DNA of 44,679 nt, taken from NCBI RefSeq assembly GCF_006345805.1, contig NW_021834867.1:1-44679 (forward strand), read 5' to 3'. Both the position numbers and the translations under genes were made by a program. The notes beneath the pieces were generated by a model, which saw only the letters and a list, made by a program, of their open reading frames with translations, ran no database searches and was not told the DNA's origin. This DNA comes from Octopus sinensis (taxonomy: Eukaryota). Below, one piece after another: positions 22,040-35,099 of this stretch (its first letter is position 1; every line of letters begins with the position of its first letter).

Positions 22040-25000
22040 GATGTATTTTGACTCGATATATCTCCACCTCTAACGCAACACATGTAAACATGCGTGGAAC
22101 ATCACGATCATCCCCGACCTCAAACACCATGTACAAAGGAACTACGAAGAAATTAAATGCCACCGATACTATTCAACCCAAGAATAACAATCGAGCGGTA
22201 CGTACATTAAACCTACAACAAAAAATGTACGAAAAACTACACGTGCGAAATAATGTGACAACAGAAATAAACGGAGAAAAATGACGACCGTCAAAATAAT
22301 GGGCCGGACGTTGTACCTCATGTCCCGCAAATAAAACCCAAAAGACGTAAATGGACACGTGAGGAATACATTTCTATCTTACACGCATACTACACAGCAG
22401 TACTCTACCCCAAAAATGAAAATACAACAACACATACATATAAAATATGGAAGGAAAATAATAGAGATATAGACTTGGATACAGCAATGAACCCTAATAA
22501 ATTAGCTAACGTACGAAGATACATTCTCAACACAAAAAAATATCAGAAATAGAAATAGAACACCTAAAAGAAAACATACACCAGGAAAATGTAGATAGAC
22601 GCCACACAACAATGCCCAATAATATAAACACTGAAACTGTAAAACACGAAGACAAACGCAACATTCCCAACAAACACGATGTAAACAACGAAGGGGAGCC
22701 TAATGATTATGATAATATAAAAAGTAAAATAATCTTAGAACCTGAAAACCACAGAGCCCAAAATGGACCACGACCATACCTCCCAAGAATAAAAATAAAC
22801 GAAATAACAACACCAATTATAAAAAGCATAAACCTAGCCGTCACTGAACTAGCCACTGAAAAAAAAAAAGTGATATCACTGAACTAAATGACTTGATATA
22901 CGCAGCAGCCACTGCAGCCACAAAAGAAGCTGGATACTCACCAAACCGCCCAACCAGGAGTACCACCACCCAAACAAACCCTGTGGATAAATAACATCCA
23001 AAACAAAATTAAAAAAATTAGAAAAGACCTGTCGATCCTTAATGAAATCAGCAAAGAATCAACGCTACTGAGCAAAAAAGAGAACAAAAATGCTCCACAA
23101 ATATAACATCACAGAAAAAGATTTGCCGGAGATAAAAGAAAAGCTGAAGCAAGATATCCTTGCAAAGCTTAAAGGATCCGCCGGTACGAGAAACGCCAAC
23201 GCTTCTTTGAACAGAACAAAAAGTTCAACACCAACCAAAAAAAGTTCTACCAAGATCTGGGAAAAAATAAAATAGTAAGTCACTGCAGCACCAACGGCAG
23301 AAGAATTGGAAGAATTCTGGAGAGAAATATGGTCGGCGAACGAACAGCAAAAAAAAGGAGTATCAAAATAACAAACTCGGCATCTGAACAACTTTGGACC
23401 CCCAAACAACAACTGAAGAGGTCACCCAGGCACTGCAAAGACTAAGCAACTGGAAGGCACCTGGGCATGACAAGATCCCCAACTTCTGGTTGAAATATCT
23501 AACAGGAATGCACAAAAAGCTGGCTGAAAACTTTAACAGCATACTAGCAGAGCCAGAGACAATGCCTGAATGGCTCACGAAGGGGAAAAAACCATCTTAA
23601 TTCCCAAATGAAATGAAACAGCAAACCAGAAAACTACAGACCAATAACTGCCTCCCTACATGCTTGTTCAGCCTTGCGATATCACTGCAGTGATATCGCA
23701 AAGGCTGAACAAGCACCTGGACGAAAACCAAACTGTTTCCCAGAAGAGCAGAAAGGATGCCGCAAAGGCTCATATGGCTGTAAAGATCAACTAATGATTA
23801 ATAAAGCCGTAACTGAAGACAGCCACAGACAGAAAGAAGAAAGGCCTCAGTATGGCCTGGATTGACTACAAAAAGGCGTTTGATAGCATCCCCCACACAT
23901 GGATCCTTGAAAACACTAGCCATTAACAAAAGTAGCACCAACAATCATAAAATTCATAGAGCACTCTATGAATAAATGGCAAACAGTCCTACATCTCCAA
24001 ACAAAAGAGGGACTCATGAAAACAAAGACATCCCATCAGAAGAGGAATATTCCAGGGAGACCCGCTCTCTCCACTCGTTTTCTGCTTGGCACTGTCACCT
24101 CTATCTGATATGCTAAATAGAACTGGATGCGGATATAAATGTTACAGCAAACGATCAGCCACCATTTATATATGGATGACCTAAACATATCACGCTGCAA
24201 ATGCCAAACAGCTGGAAACCACTATTAAAAGACAGTTCATGGATTACCAAAGAAATAGATATGAAATTTGGATTAGAAAAATGCGCCAAAGAACCATGAA
24301 AAAAGGAAAACTAGTTAAAAGTAACAACATCACACTAGATAAAACCAATGAAATAAAAGAAGTAGACCAAAGCCAAACTTACAAATACTTAGGAATCCAT
24401 GAACTAGATAAGACACAACACACACAAATGAAAGAGAAATAAAAAAAGAATATTATAGACGAGTTAGATTAATACTAAAACAGAGCTCAATGCTAAAAAC
24501 AAGATAATAGGTATCAACACTTTAGCTGTCCCAGTTATAAGTTACAGCTACAATATCCTTAACTGGACACAAATGAACTGTCCAAAATAGATAGGAAAAC
24601 AAGAAAAATACTGACAGGATCTAGGATGCATCACCAAAATCTGACATAGAAAGACTATATATCAACGTATAGAAGGTGGTAGAGGCCTTATACAGCTGGA
24701 AAACTACTATAAAATAACCACCATAGGACTGCAAAAATACCTACTTCAGAAGGAAGGAAAACTGATCCACGAGCAAAACAAAAAACTGTTCTCAGTATTT
24801 AAGGAAGATGACAAATACAAACAAGAAATCATACCACCTAATAAACACGAAGAAGAAGAAGAAGATGATGAAGAAATAACAAAAGCTATAAAACAAATGA
24901 AATCCAAACTAAAAATAGAACAGCAACGAACCATTATAAAACGATGGCAAGAAAATCCCCTCCATGGTAAATACTGCACTAAACTAAACGCAAAAGAAAT

Positions 25001-25804
25001 AGACAAAGAAAGATCCCAGCAATGGTTGAGAAGCTCAGGACTCAAAGCAGAAACAGAGGGATTTTTAATTGCAGCACAAGACCAAAGCCTCCCCACCAGA
25101 AATTACCAAAAACATGTAATGAAAAGAAAATTACAAGTAACTGCAGAATATGTGGAGATGGACAAGAAACAATAAATCATATTATCTCTAGCTGCCCAGT
25201 CCTGGCTAAGAAGGAATATATTCACAGACATGACAGAGTTGGAACCTACATACACTGGAAGCTATGCCAACATTATGGAATAACAACAGAAAAAAGATGG
25301 TATAGGCACACACCAGAAAAGGTTACAGAAAACGAGAAAGCAACCATACTCTGGGATATTACGATACACACAGATAGAGAAATTAAGGCCAACAGACCAG
25401 ATATAGTTGTCAGAGATCATGAAGAAAAAAATGCTTTCTAATGATGTATCAATACGGCAGATGACAACGTGTCTCTAAAAGAAATGGAGAAACTCTCAAA
25501 ATACAAAGACCTGGAAATAGAGGTAACTAGAATGTGGAATCTGAAAACCGAAACGATTCCTATCATAGTAGGTGCATTAGGCATGATAAAAAAATATTCA
25601 GACAAATACATAACAAAAACACCAGGACTTACAAACAATATATCATACAGAAAATTGCACTACTAGCACTGCACACATCCTACGCAGAACACTTTCCATA
25701 CAATAACCATCAGAGCATCACAACAAATCACAGCACATACCCAAGGCACACAGAGCTGCGCTCGGTAGTGAAGTGAAAGCACGCTATAAAAATAAAACTA
25801 CTGA

Positions 25805-25806
<2 letters not shown>
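22040..25806 (+). mobile_element. R4/Dong-clade non-LTR retrotransposon (RT plus restriction-like endonuclease), near full length
   Basis: Motifs in order: KRRKWTREEY, NWKAPGHDKIPNFWLK, ENYRPIT, EEQKGCRKGSYGCKDQL, WIDYKKAFDSIPH, RGIFQGDPLSPL, YMDD (24169-24180), CRICGDGQETINHIISSC (CCHC), RPDIVVRD, KLSKYKDL. The 3' UTR runs directly into (TAA)n. The 5' boundary is uncertain. Confidence 0.9.
22090..25706 (+). pseudogene. Frameshifted single ORF (about 1200 codons) of the R4/Dong element
   Basis: Assembled by eye from the ORF fragments at 22048-25666. The terminal stop is at 25704-25706. Confidence 0.8.
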
Positions 25807-25807
<1 letters not shown>

Positions 25808-25859
<52 letters not shown>

Positions 25860-25901
25860 CAACAACAAAAACACAAACAACAGAGATGGAGGAGAAAGAA
25901 G

Positions 25902-25933
<32 letters not shown>

Positions 25934-25990
25934 GAGAAGGAAGAAGAAGAAGAAGAAGAAGAAGAAGAAGAAGAAGAAGAAGAAGAAAAA
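25808..25990. repeat. (TAA)n, then a short CAA-rich stretch, then (GAA)n
   Basis: Read directly from the sequence. It abuts the 3' end of the Dong element. Confidence 0.95.
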
Positions 25991-26450
25991 GAATTGTTTT
26001 GTCTTGGTATAAAAGATGGGCTACAGCAAATATTCTGCTCAATACCACGGATTTGCTTGTCAGTTGTTTGACCTTAACCTGTTGAGCATGTCCCTTAGTG
26101 GCTGATGATATGTGCATCTCTGATCACGAGCAGAAGTAGTGGGGGAGCATCATAGCCATGTGTTGAGAGGGATTCTTTGGGGTTTGAATAATTCACCTCT
26201 GGAAACATGGGTGTTTCGTTCAACATCCTTAAACAATCCTTATTCAGAGACCTTTTGAAATTCTAACTGGGCCCCACTTGCAAGGTCATGCGCTGTTTAT
26301 CTTGATATGAGATCACCATGTCGCGCACATATGGTTGTGATGCATGTGCCTAGTGTACCCTTATCAGACGTGTAGTCGCGATGGGTATAGTGGGCTTCGT
26401 ATATTTTCCCCCAGTGTCACTTTGATGGCATGCATTGCTCCCTCACTCAA
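25991..26450 (+). mobile_element. Probable 3' end of an unassigned interspersed retro-repeat
   Basis: Non-coding block of about 460 bp bounded by triplet microsatellites, ending CCTCACTCAA before a triplet tail. It resembles a repeat I recall from octopus sequence; not verified. Confidence 0.4.
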
Positions 26451-26486
<36 letters not shown>

Positions 26487-26509
26487 CACTGCTACTGCTG
26501 CTGCTGCTG

Positions 26510-26607
<98 letters not shown>

Positions 26608-26617
26608 GCTGCTGCTG

Positions 26618-26649
<32 letters not shown>

Positions 26650-26700
26650 GCTGCTGCTGCTGTTGCTACTACTACTACTACTACTACTAATAATAATAAT
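26451..26700. repeat. Alternating (TAC)n/(TGC)n blocks ending in (TAA)n
   Basis: Read directly from the sequence. Confidence 0.95.
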
Positions 26701-27671
26701 AAAAGTGGTTTCATTTATTTGCCACAAGTGTGAAGGATGATGGGACATTACAAAGATAGACTAAAGTGTGGGGGATATGAATAAGACTACTGGATGAGGA
26801 TGATGATGATGATGATGATGATGTAAACGCATATAGAGCTGGAACTCTTGTATCAGTAGAATTATGAATATCAACAATTGTATCACTCTAAAAGAAAGAA
26901 AAAAAAGAAAATCCCCCCAAAAAGAATGAAAGTGAAATGAACATTTTCATCTTGCTCGTCTCGAATGCGTTTGAGATTCTGTCTCCTAACTGCTGTGCAA
27001 CTAATAGTACAAAGCAAATCAACTCTGGTTTCCATCAAATATCTAACATTAGACAATTTTGTTCGCAGTGTTTTAAATACATTAATCTCAGTGGTATAAC
27101 AATTATAGTGTACAATTAAATCGCACAAGTTAGACCACATCCAGGCAGTATTAGCTACCATTGTCGTTTCGTATCTTTTTCTCTCTTTCTTTTGTTATTG
27201 TTATTGTTGTCGTTGCTGTTATTATTATTATTATTTTACTTTTCTATCTTATTTTGGCTTATTGTTGCAACGGTTTGTTTAAAATATTTTTTCTTTCTTT
27301 CTTTCTATCTATTTTCCTGGTTTAAATCAAAGTCGCCGATTGCTTACAGTCTCCAATAAAATCACCCACTTCATAGTTGTCATGGTACGTAGAAAAATAG
27401 CCAATTTGCATTGCAAATTCGGTCTTTCCGGTGAAGTTCTCCAGATGTTTAACCCGTTATTTCTCTAATATCGGCGCCCTCGACAACCTCGAAAATTAAT
27501 TCTCCTCTAAAACACTGAATATCGTTCACATTACAGAGGAATTGCTTCCTCTATTATTTACGACCATAATATATATACATGCAAACGTAAAACTATACAC
27601 ACACAATGTATGCATATATATGTGGGTGTGTGTGTGTCGATGTATATATATATGCATATATATAATATATA

Positions 27672-27912
<241 letters not shown>

Positions 27913-27950
27913 ATGTCTATCTGTCTGTCTCGCCTCACTCTTTCTCTCTC

Positions 27951-27992
<42 letters not shown>

Positions 27993-28074
27993 TATATATA
28001 TATATATACATATATACATGTGCGTGTATCCATGTATACATATGCATATATATCTATGTATTTTTATATGTATA

Positions 28075-28121
<47 letters not shown>

Positions 28122-28197
28122 CATATATATATACAAATATGTATCTATATGTCTGCCTCTATCTCTCTCTGTCATATATATATACGTTTGTATATAT

Positions 28198-28273
<76 letters not shown>

Positions 28274-28863
28274 TGTGTACGGAGATCAGTTGTAAATGCA
28301 AGAATATTAACGGTTTTGCTGCTTGCTGTCATTTCTGTCCACAGTGAAATTGGTCGTTGCATATTATTTCCTAGTATCAATAGGCAGGACTACGCCACCA
28401 CTCCACCACCCTACCAACACTTCTACTAACACCAGCACCAACACTCCTACCGCCGTTGACTCCACCACCACTAGCAATTCTTCTCTACGTCGTACCGACT
28501 CTATTCACCAAACTGTAATATCTTCCCGGGACATTTAGCATTAAGTACGGACATGGTTTTTGTCAAATTTCGCTATTTATCATTTATTTCCTAAATTGGA
28601 AATAACGAAGACGAAAAAATGATATCGTAGTATGATATATAACGATATCATAATATGTTACGATGTCGTAAAGAGATTCTTGTAGGCGAGAGCAGCCTTG
28701 TCGTGTTTGTCATGAGTTCAAATCTTCTCTGAATATGCTTTTTTTTTAAGCAGGTGGAAAGAAACTGGAAGATGGAACTTCTCATGGTTTGGCGATAGCA
28801 GATAATCCGGATGGTCTGCTTTGCCTTTTTAGCCATCCGCGAGTCGACAATATAAAGTACTAG

Positions 28864-29040
28864 TCTTGTTGTTGTTGTTGTTGTTGTTGTTGTTCTTCTT
28901 CTTCTTCTTCTTCTTCTTCTTCTTCTTCTTCTTCTTCTTCTTCTTCTTCTTCTTCTTCTTCTTCTTCTTCTTCTTCTTCTTCTTCTTCTTCTGCTGCTGC
29001 TGCTGCTGCTGCTTCTTCTTCTTCTTCTTCTTCTTCCTTC

Positions 29041-29132
<92 letters not shown>

Positions 29133-29150
29133 TCTGCATCCGCTGCTGTT
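28864..29150. repeat. Compound triplet array (TTG)(TTC)(TGC)(TTC)(TAC)(TGC)
   Basis: Read directly from the sequence. Confidence 0.95.
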
Positions 29151-29156
29151 GTTGCT

Positions 29157-29362
29157 AAGGCGACTAACTGGCTGAATCGTTAGCACGCTGGACGAGGAGC
29201 TTAGCAGCATTTCGTCAGTTCTGAGTTCGAACACCGCCGCTGTCGAATTTGCCTTTCATCCTTTCGGTGTCCATAAAATAAATACCAGTTGAACATTTGG
29301 GTCGATGTAGGGACTCATCTCCTACCTCAAAACTGCTGGCCTTGTGCCAAAATTTGAAACCA
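29157..29362 (+). mobile_element. Meta-like SINE
   Basis: Head, GCCTTTCATCCTTTCGG core and GCTGGCCTTGTGCCAAAATTTGAAACCA tail. Confidence 0.8.
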
Positions 29363-29574
29363 TTATTAAGGCTTGTGAGACTGAAAGGATGTACTGTATG
29401 TTTCTCTAAGTTGGAGGAAACAAATTGGAAGATGGCGCTCCCTGTGCCGTGGGAATGGCAGAGCAAAGTGATCCGAAGATTTTCGTTTTGGGATTACCCT
29501 GAAATACCAGAAGTGGACTACCCGACTGTTAGGGATTCTATTAATCAATTACTATTTTTCTCATTTTTATTCAT

Positions 29575-30150
29575 CGTGTGGTAAGAAGCTTGCTTTCCAA
29601 CCACATGGTTCCGGGTTCAGTCCCACCGAGTGGCCCCTTGGGCAAGTGTCTTCTACTATACCTTCTGGTCGACCAAAGCCTTTTGAGTGGATCTGGTAGA
29701 TGGAAACTGAACGAAGCCCTTCTTATATATGTGTGTGTGTATTCGTGTGTCTGTGAAGTGTTTTCCTGAAGACCACAACGCATCGCCCGATCCAGGAATT
29801 GAAACCACTATCTTACAATCATGAATCCTAACCACTAAACCACACGCCTCCACATTGTTCACAAGGGCCCAAGCCATAAAGGACAATATCAATGGATGAC
29901 ATACAGCACGCAGAGTGGGTGGGATTTGCGTCGATCAAAGGGGACACTACAAAATTAAAGGATAAAGCAAAAAGATATCACTTGACAAGGATGTTGGTGT
30001 TTTTACGTTCACATAACTTAGCAGTTCGACAAAAGTCACCAATAGAATAAACAGTAAGCTTACAAAAAATAAGTCACAGGGTCGATTTCTTCGACTAAAG
30101 GCGGTGCTCCAGCATGGCCGCAGTCAAATGACCGAAACTTGTAAAAGAAT
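29575..30150 (+). mobile_element. Internal-microsatellite SINE split by a roughly 215-bp insertion
   Basis: 5' half at 29575-29757 and 3' half at 29975-30150. The insert is an inverted copy of the downstream flank. Confidence 0.8.
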
Positions 30151-30428
30151 TTTTTTGCTTTATCCTTTAACGTTGTAGTGTCCCTCTTGATCGACGCAGA
30201 TCCCACCTATTCTACGTGCTGTACCTCACCCATTGGTATTGTCCTTTATGGCTTGGGCCCTTGCGAACAATGTGGGGGCGCGTGGTTTAGTGTTTAGGAC
30301 TCGTGATCGTAAGATTGTGATTTCAGTTCCTAGATACAGCGCTGCATTTCACGTTGCTTCTGTCCTCTCAGATGCTAGAAGTGTGTAAACCTGCGATGTA
30401 CAAGCGGCCCGTCCAGGTGGGAAACATA

Positions 30429-31339
30429 CGAAGTCTGATCTATAAGTATCCGGACTATTTCCATAGTAACGCAGCTAAAGCCTGCAGAGTAAAGCCACTT
30501 GGCAACCAATGACGTTGAACTTAGTTGTGCGTGCGCACTAAGTTTTAATGTTCTTGGTCACTTCCACTGTTTACAACAGTGCTAGGAAGGAGCGTGTGTA
30601 GTGTGCGTTCATCGCATTGACCATGACAGAGAAAGTTGTCATGGTGATGCCTGCTCAGAAGCCCACGCGAAGATGCAAAAAGTGTATGGAGAGGAGTGTA
30701 TGATCCACACAGAAGTGTACGAGTGGTTCAGATGTTTCCAAGATGGCCCAAAAATGTCGATATTGACGAACGTTCTAGGAGACATGTAACCAGAAGAACT
30801 GAGAAAAACATAGCAGATGTGCATGCAGCTGTGAGGGAAAATTGTCAGATCATCATCTGTGAGTTATCAGAGGAAGTGCAGATTAGACACGATTCATTTC
30901 ATTGCATTATCTCCCAAGATTTGGGTATGAGGCACGTGTCTGCCAAGTTTGTGTCAAAACTGCTCTCAGCTGACCAAAAAGACACTCAGGTTTCTGTTGC
31001 ACAAGATCTCCTTGATTGTGTCGAGATAGATGGAAACTGTTTGAAAACTTTACGGAGGCCTCTCCAGTAGGTATCGCCAAGCGTTTGGCAAAATTTGATG
31101 CAGATTCTCTGCTCAACTTTGTCTAACATAGTCAACGCTACACACTTGTCTAACATAGTCACACGCTACACACTTTCCCTCCAAGCTCTGCTGTAAACGA
31201 CAGAAGTGAGTGAGAACATAAAAACTAAGTGCGCATGTACAGCAGAGTTCAAGGTCAATCTGTGCCAAGCAGCTTAACTCGACGTGTTGTAGCTTCATTG
31301 TTATGGCAACAGTCCGGATACTTATTGATTAAACCTTTA
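30429..31339 (+). mobile_element. Internally deleted mariner (Mos1-like) element inserted in a SINE
   Basis: TIR core ATC(T/A)ATAAGTATCCGGACT at both ends (18 of 19 identical) with TA flanks at 30427-30428 and 31340-31341. Transposase remnants KVYGEECMIHTEVYEWF and LGMRHVSAKFVSKLL (WVPHEL-equivalent motif). The catalytic domain is missing. Confidence 0.85.
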
Positions 31340-31455
31340 TATGCCAGAGAAACTGGGAATCTGTTTGACTCGCGAAGAACCTATTTCCTTAGTGATCAAT
31401 AAAAGAAATCGTCAGCATCCTCATTATCATCACCACCATCATCATTATTATCATT

Positions 31456-31641
31456 AAGGCAGTGAGCTGGCAGAAACCCTAGAATGCCGGGCCAAATGCT
31501 TCGTGGCATTTCGTCTGTCTTTACGTTCTGAGTTCAAAATCCGCCTAGGTCGACCTTTGCCATTCAGTCATTTGGAGGTTGATAAAATCGTTGTAATTGA
31601 CTTAACCTCTTCTCCCAATGGTTCTGCCCAAATATGAAACT
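31456..31641 (+). mobile_element. Degenerate Meta-like SINE
   Basis: AGGCAGTGAGCTGGCAGAAAC head and TTCTGAGTTCAAAATCC B-box. Confidence 0.75.
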
Positions 31642-31642
31642 G

Positions 31643-31707
<65 letters not shown>

Positions 31708-31736
31708 TTATCATTATATTATATTATTATTATATA

Positions 31737-31790
<54 letters not shown>

Positions 31791-31823
31791 TATTATTATT
31801 ATTATTATATCTTATTATTGTTT

Positions 31824-31864
<41 letters not shown>

Positions 31865-31891
31865 ATTGCTGCTGCTGTTGTTGTTGTTGTT

Positions 31892-32100
31892 GGCGTGTTG
31901 GCAGAATCGTTAGCGCGCCGGAAAAATGCTGAGCGACATTTCGTCCGTCTTTAAGTTCTGAGGTCAAATGCCGACGAAATCGACTTTGCGTTTCATCCAT
32001 TCGAAGTCGATGAAATAGGTACCAGTTGAATACTGGGGTCGATTTAATCGACTTAGTTTGTCCCCCAAACCTGCTGGCCTTCTGCAAAAATGTGAAACCA
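31892..32100 (+). mobile_element. Meta-like SINE
   Basis: GGCAGAATCGTTAGCGCGCCGG head, core and CTGCTGGCCTT...GAAACCA tail. Confidence 0.75.
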
Positions 32101-32168
32101 TAATTATTACTGTTATTGCTGTGTAGCTGTTGTTTTATTATCATCATCATCGACGTCGTTGTCGTCGC

Positions 32169-32226
<58 letters not shown>

Positions 32227-32523
32227 GTTGTTGTTTTGTTATTATTATTATTATTTACTTTTAATCTGCATATTTGTTACAGACACATGCCGAGACACAC
32301 CCAGCGTCCTGGGGCGAGTGAAGGATAAGAGATGTTATAGTATGACTGAAAGCTTGGGACGGGGAAGTAGTGAAATATCTTCATGTAATACAACGCAGAC
32401 ATCTAAATGGATAGTGTTTTTCTAAGGATGTGGGCAGTACTTGTCAGCACAATCTTTTCGATTTCTCTGAGACATGTTTCTCCTGGAATCTTATCTAGAT
32501 GTTTCTGACATCCCTTTTTCATC

Positions 32524-32600
<77 letters not shown>

Positions 32601-32669
32601 TTATTTTTATTATTATTATTATTATTATTTATTGTCCCCCTCGTCCTTTGACGTTTTCATAAATAAATG

Positions 32670-32718
<49 letters not shown>

Positions 32719-32991
32719 TTATTATTATTATTATTAACGTGGTTGTTGTTGCTGTTGTTGTTAACGCTACGTTCTGAGTTCAAATTCCGCGGAGCTCGAC
32801 TTTGCCTTTTATGAATTAGGGGTCGATAAATTAAGTATCTGTTGTTGAAGTAATTATTATTATCATTATTATTGTTATTGCTATCATCATCATCATCGTC
32901 ATCATCATCATTATCATCATCATCATCATCATTATCATCATCATCATCACCATCATCATCTTCCTCCTTCTCCTCCTCCTCATCATTATTA

Positions 32992-33050
<59 letters not shown>

Positions 33051-33554
33051 TTCATTGTAATTTTTATTTTTATTATTATTATTATCATCACCGTCATTAT
33101 TGTTGCTGTTGTTAATGTTGTTGTTATTGTTGCTAGTGTTGTTGTTATTATTATCATAATTATTATTAGTGGTGATTATGTTGTTAACATTAACCTGAAA
33201 ATAATCTTGCACTCCTGATACTAATGTCAGAATTTAATTAAATCTTGATGTGTTTTTTTCTTTACTTTTATATATTGCGGGTTTTTATTTTTGTTTTTTT
33301 TTTCCATACATCACTCTTTAATCTGGTGTTATCATTCTTTTGCATTGTTATGTGTTTTCCTCTTCTTCAAGAACGCCAATAATTATCATTCGCTCATATG
33401 CCGTGGTGGATGTTTCTCTTCAACCAGCCGTGATTTTCAAGTGTTATGAGAAGATAATTCATAAACACTGTGAAAATAAATAAACAAATAAATAATTAAA
33501 TAAATAAAAGTTTTGACAAACTCTGGAAAACTTCCCAGACAAAAAAATACAAGC

Positions 33555-33748
33555 GGATGGCAAACCATCTTCATCATGATCATGATCATCATCACCAATG
33601 TTCTTCTTCCTTCTTCTTCTTCTTCTTCTTCTTCTTCTTCTTCATTTTCATCCTCAATCATCATGATCGACATCATCAGCATCGTCGTCAGCACCAAAAC
33701 TAGCACCACCAACACCACCATCAAAATCATCATCATCATCATCATCAT

Positions 33749-33785
<37 letters not shown>

Positions 33786-33796
33786 TTCATCACCAC

Positions 33797-33831
<35 letters not shown>

Positions 33832-33887
33832 CTATCATCATCATCATCATATTCATCTTCATCATCATCATTATCCTCATCACCATC

Positions 33888-33918
<31 letters not shown>

Positions 33919-34110
33919 TCATCATCATCATCACTATCATCACTATCATCATCATCATCTTAACGATAGTCGTCGTCATCATCATCATCGTCACCATCGT
34001 CGTTGTCTCCGTCTCCTCCCCCTCCTCCTTTTTCTTCTGCTCCTTCTTCCCCTCTTCCACTTCCTCCTTCCCCCCATCCTCTCCCTTCTCTTTCCTCTGG
34101 ATCTCCACCT
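33555..34110. repeat. Long (CAT)n-rich compound microsatellite with (CTT)/(CCT) ends
   Basis: Read directly from the sequence. Confidence 0.9.
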
Positions 34111-34400
34111 CTTCGTCCTCCTACTTAAGTAAGCCAGACCGACTCACGAAGTCAAGATATTTGCTCCATACATTTATTGACGAAGGTGAAGTACAGGAAT
34201 TGAGATAAAAAGATAAAGAAAAATATTGAGCGACGCCATTAAAAACTTAAAACAGAAGCAAAGCAGCTTGTCGGATTGTTTAATTTTAATACTTTCACGT
34301 AAAGATTAACCAGAAATCATTAAAGCGATAAATGATAAATACCTGTTAGGCAAGGAGCAACATTGCTTTGATTTTCTTTCATACGAATACGGGAGGCAAT

Positions 34401-34440
34401 TTCAGACATGTTCCGATCGTATACAAACCTCATCAGCGAA
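34401..34440 (-). ncRNA. Minimal type-I hammerhead-like motif, family E (A13G)
   Basis: The minus strand reads TTCG-CTGATGA-GGTT-TGTATAC-GATC-GGAA-CATG-T-C-TGAA. Helix I TTCG/TGAA, helix II GGTT/GATC, palindromic helix III ACATGT, GUC triplet. Confidence 0.6.
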
Positions 34441-34689
34441 GCATAACTTTTACTGACCATTTGAAGTAATGATGAAATAATCCTGCTGTATTTTGGGATG
34501 GTCATTTTTCTTTTACCAAATAATGAAATAATCATAAATTGAATAAATATGATCAAACGCTTGTTTGCATAAGAAATAGTATGAGAAATAGCATTGTAGA
34601 TCACTGCCATTCGGAGACACCATTTAAAAATGATAAGTAAGTTTGTATGCTCTTAGGCTTGTATGCATTCTCTTTAATCTTTTACCATT

Positions 34690-35099
34690 TACTTGGCTAC
34701 GGCCATGCTGGAGTAGTACGTTGAAGAAAATTTTAATCGAATGTATGGGCCCCAATATTTATTTATTTTTTCTAAAGACTGATAATTATTGTATCGGTCT
34801 CTTTTGACGAACTGCTAAGTTACGGAGACGTAAACATTCCAACATCGGTTGTCAATCGGTGGTGGGACAAACAAACACATACACGCACTCACACACACAA
34901 ACGTATATATAAAAATATATGTATATATATTTATATATATATATATATACGATATAGTTTCCATCTCCCAAATCCAATAACAAGGCTCTGGTTGGTCCGA
35001 GGCCATTGTAGAAGACTCTTGCTCAAGTTGCCACACAGTAGGACTTACCCACGAACCATGTGGCTGGAAAGAAAGTTTCTTACCACACAGCCACGCCTA
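34690..35099 (-). mobile_element. Old full-length internal-microsatellite SINE
   Basis: Both halves are recognisable around a (CA)/(TA) tract. The head end reads ACCACACAGCCACGCCT. Confidence 0.75.

Noticed and set aside
27322-27456. Minus-strand peptide with GKTEFAMQI, Walker-A-like
   Set aside because: It is only 44 codons between stops, lacks the upstream GxxGxG pattern, and has no usable splice acceptor.
28754-28863. GKKLEDG resembling ubiquitin GKQLEDG after a good acceptor
   Set aside because: There is no further ubiquitin similarity, and the flanks match a decayed SINE B-box and core.
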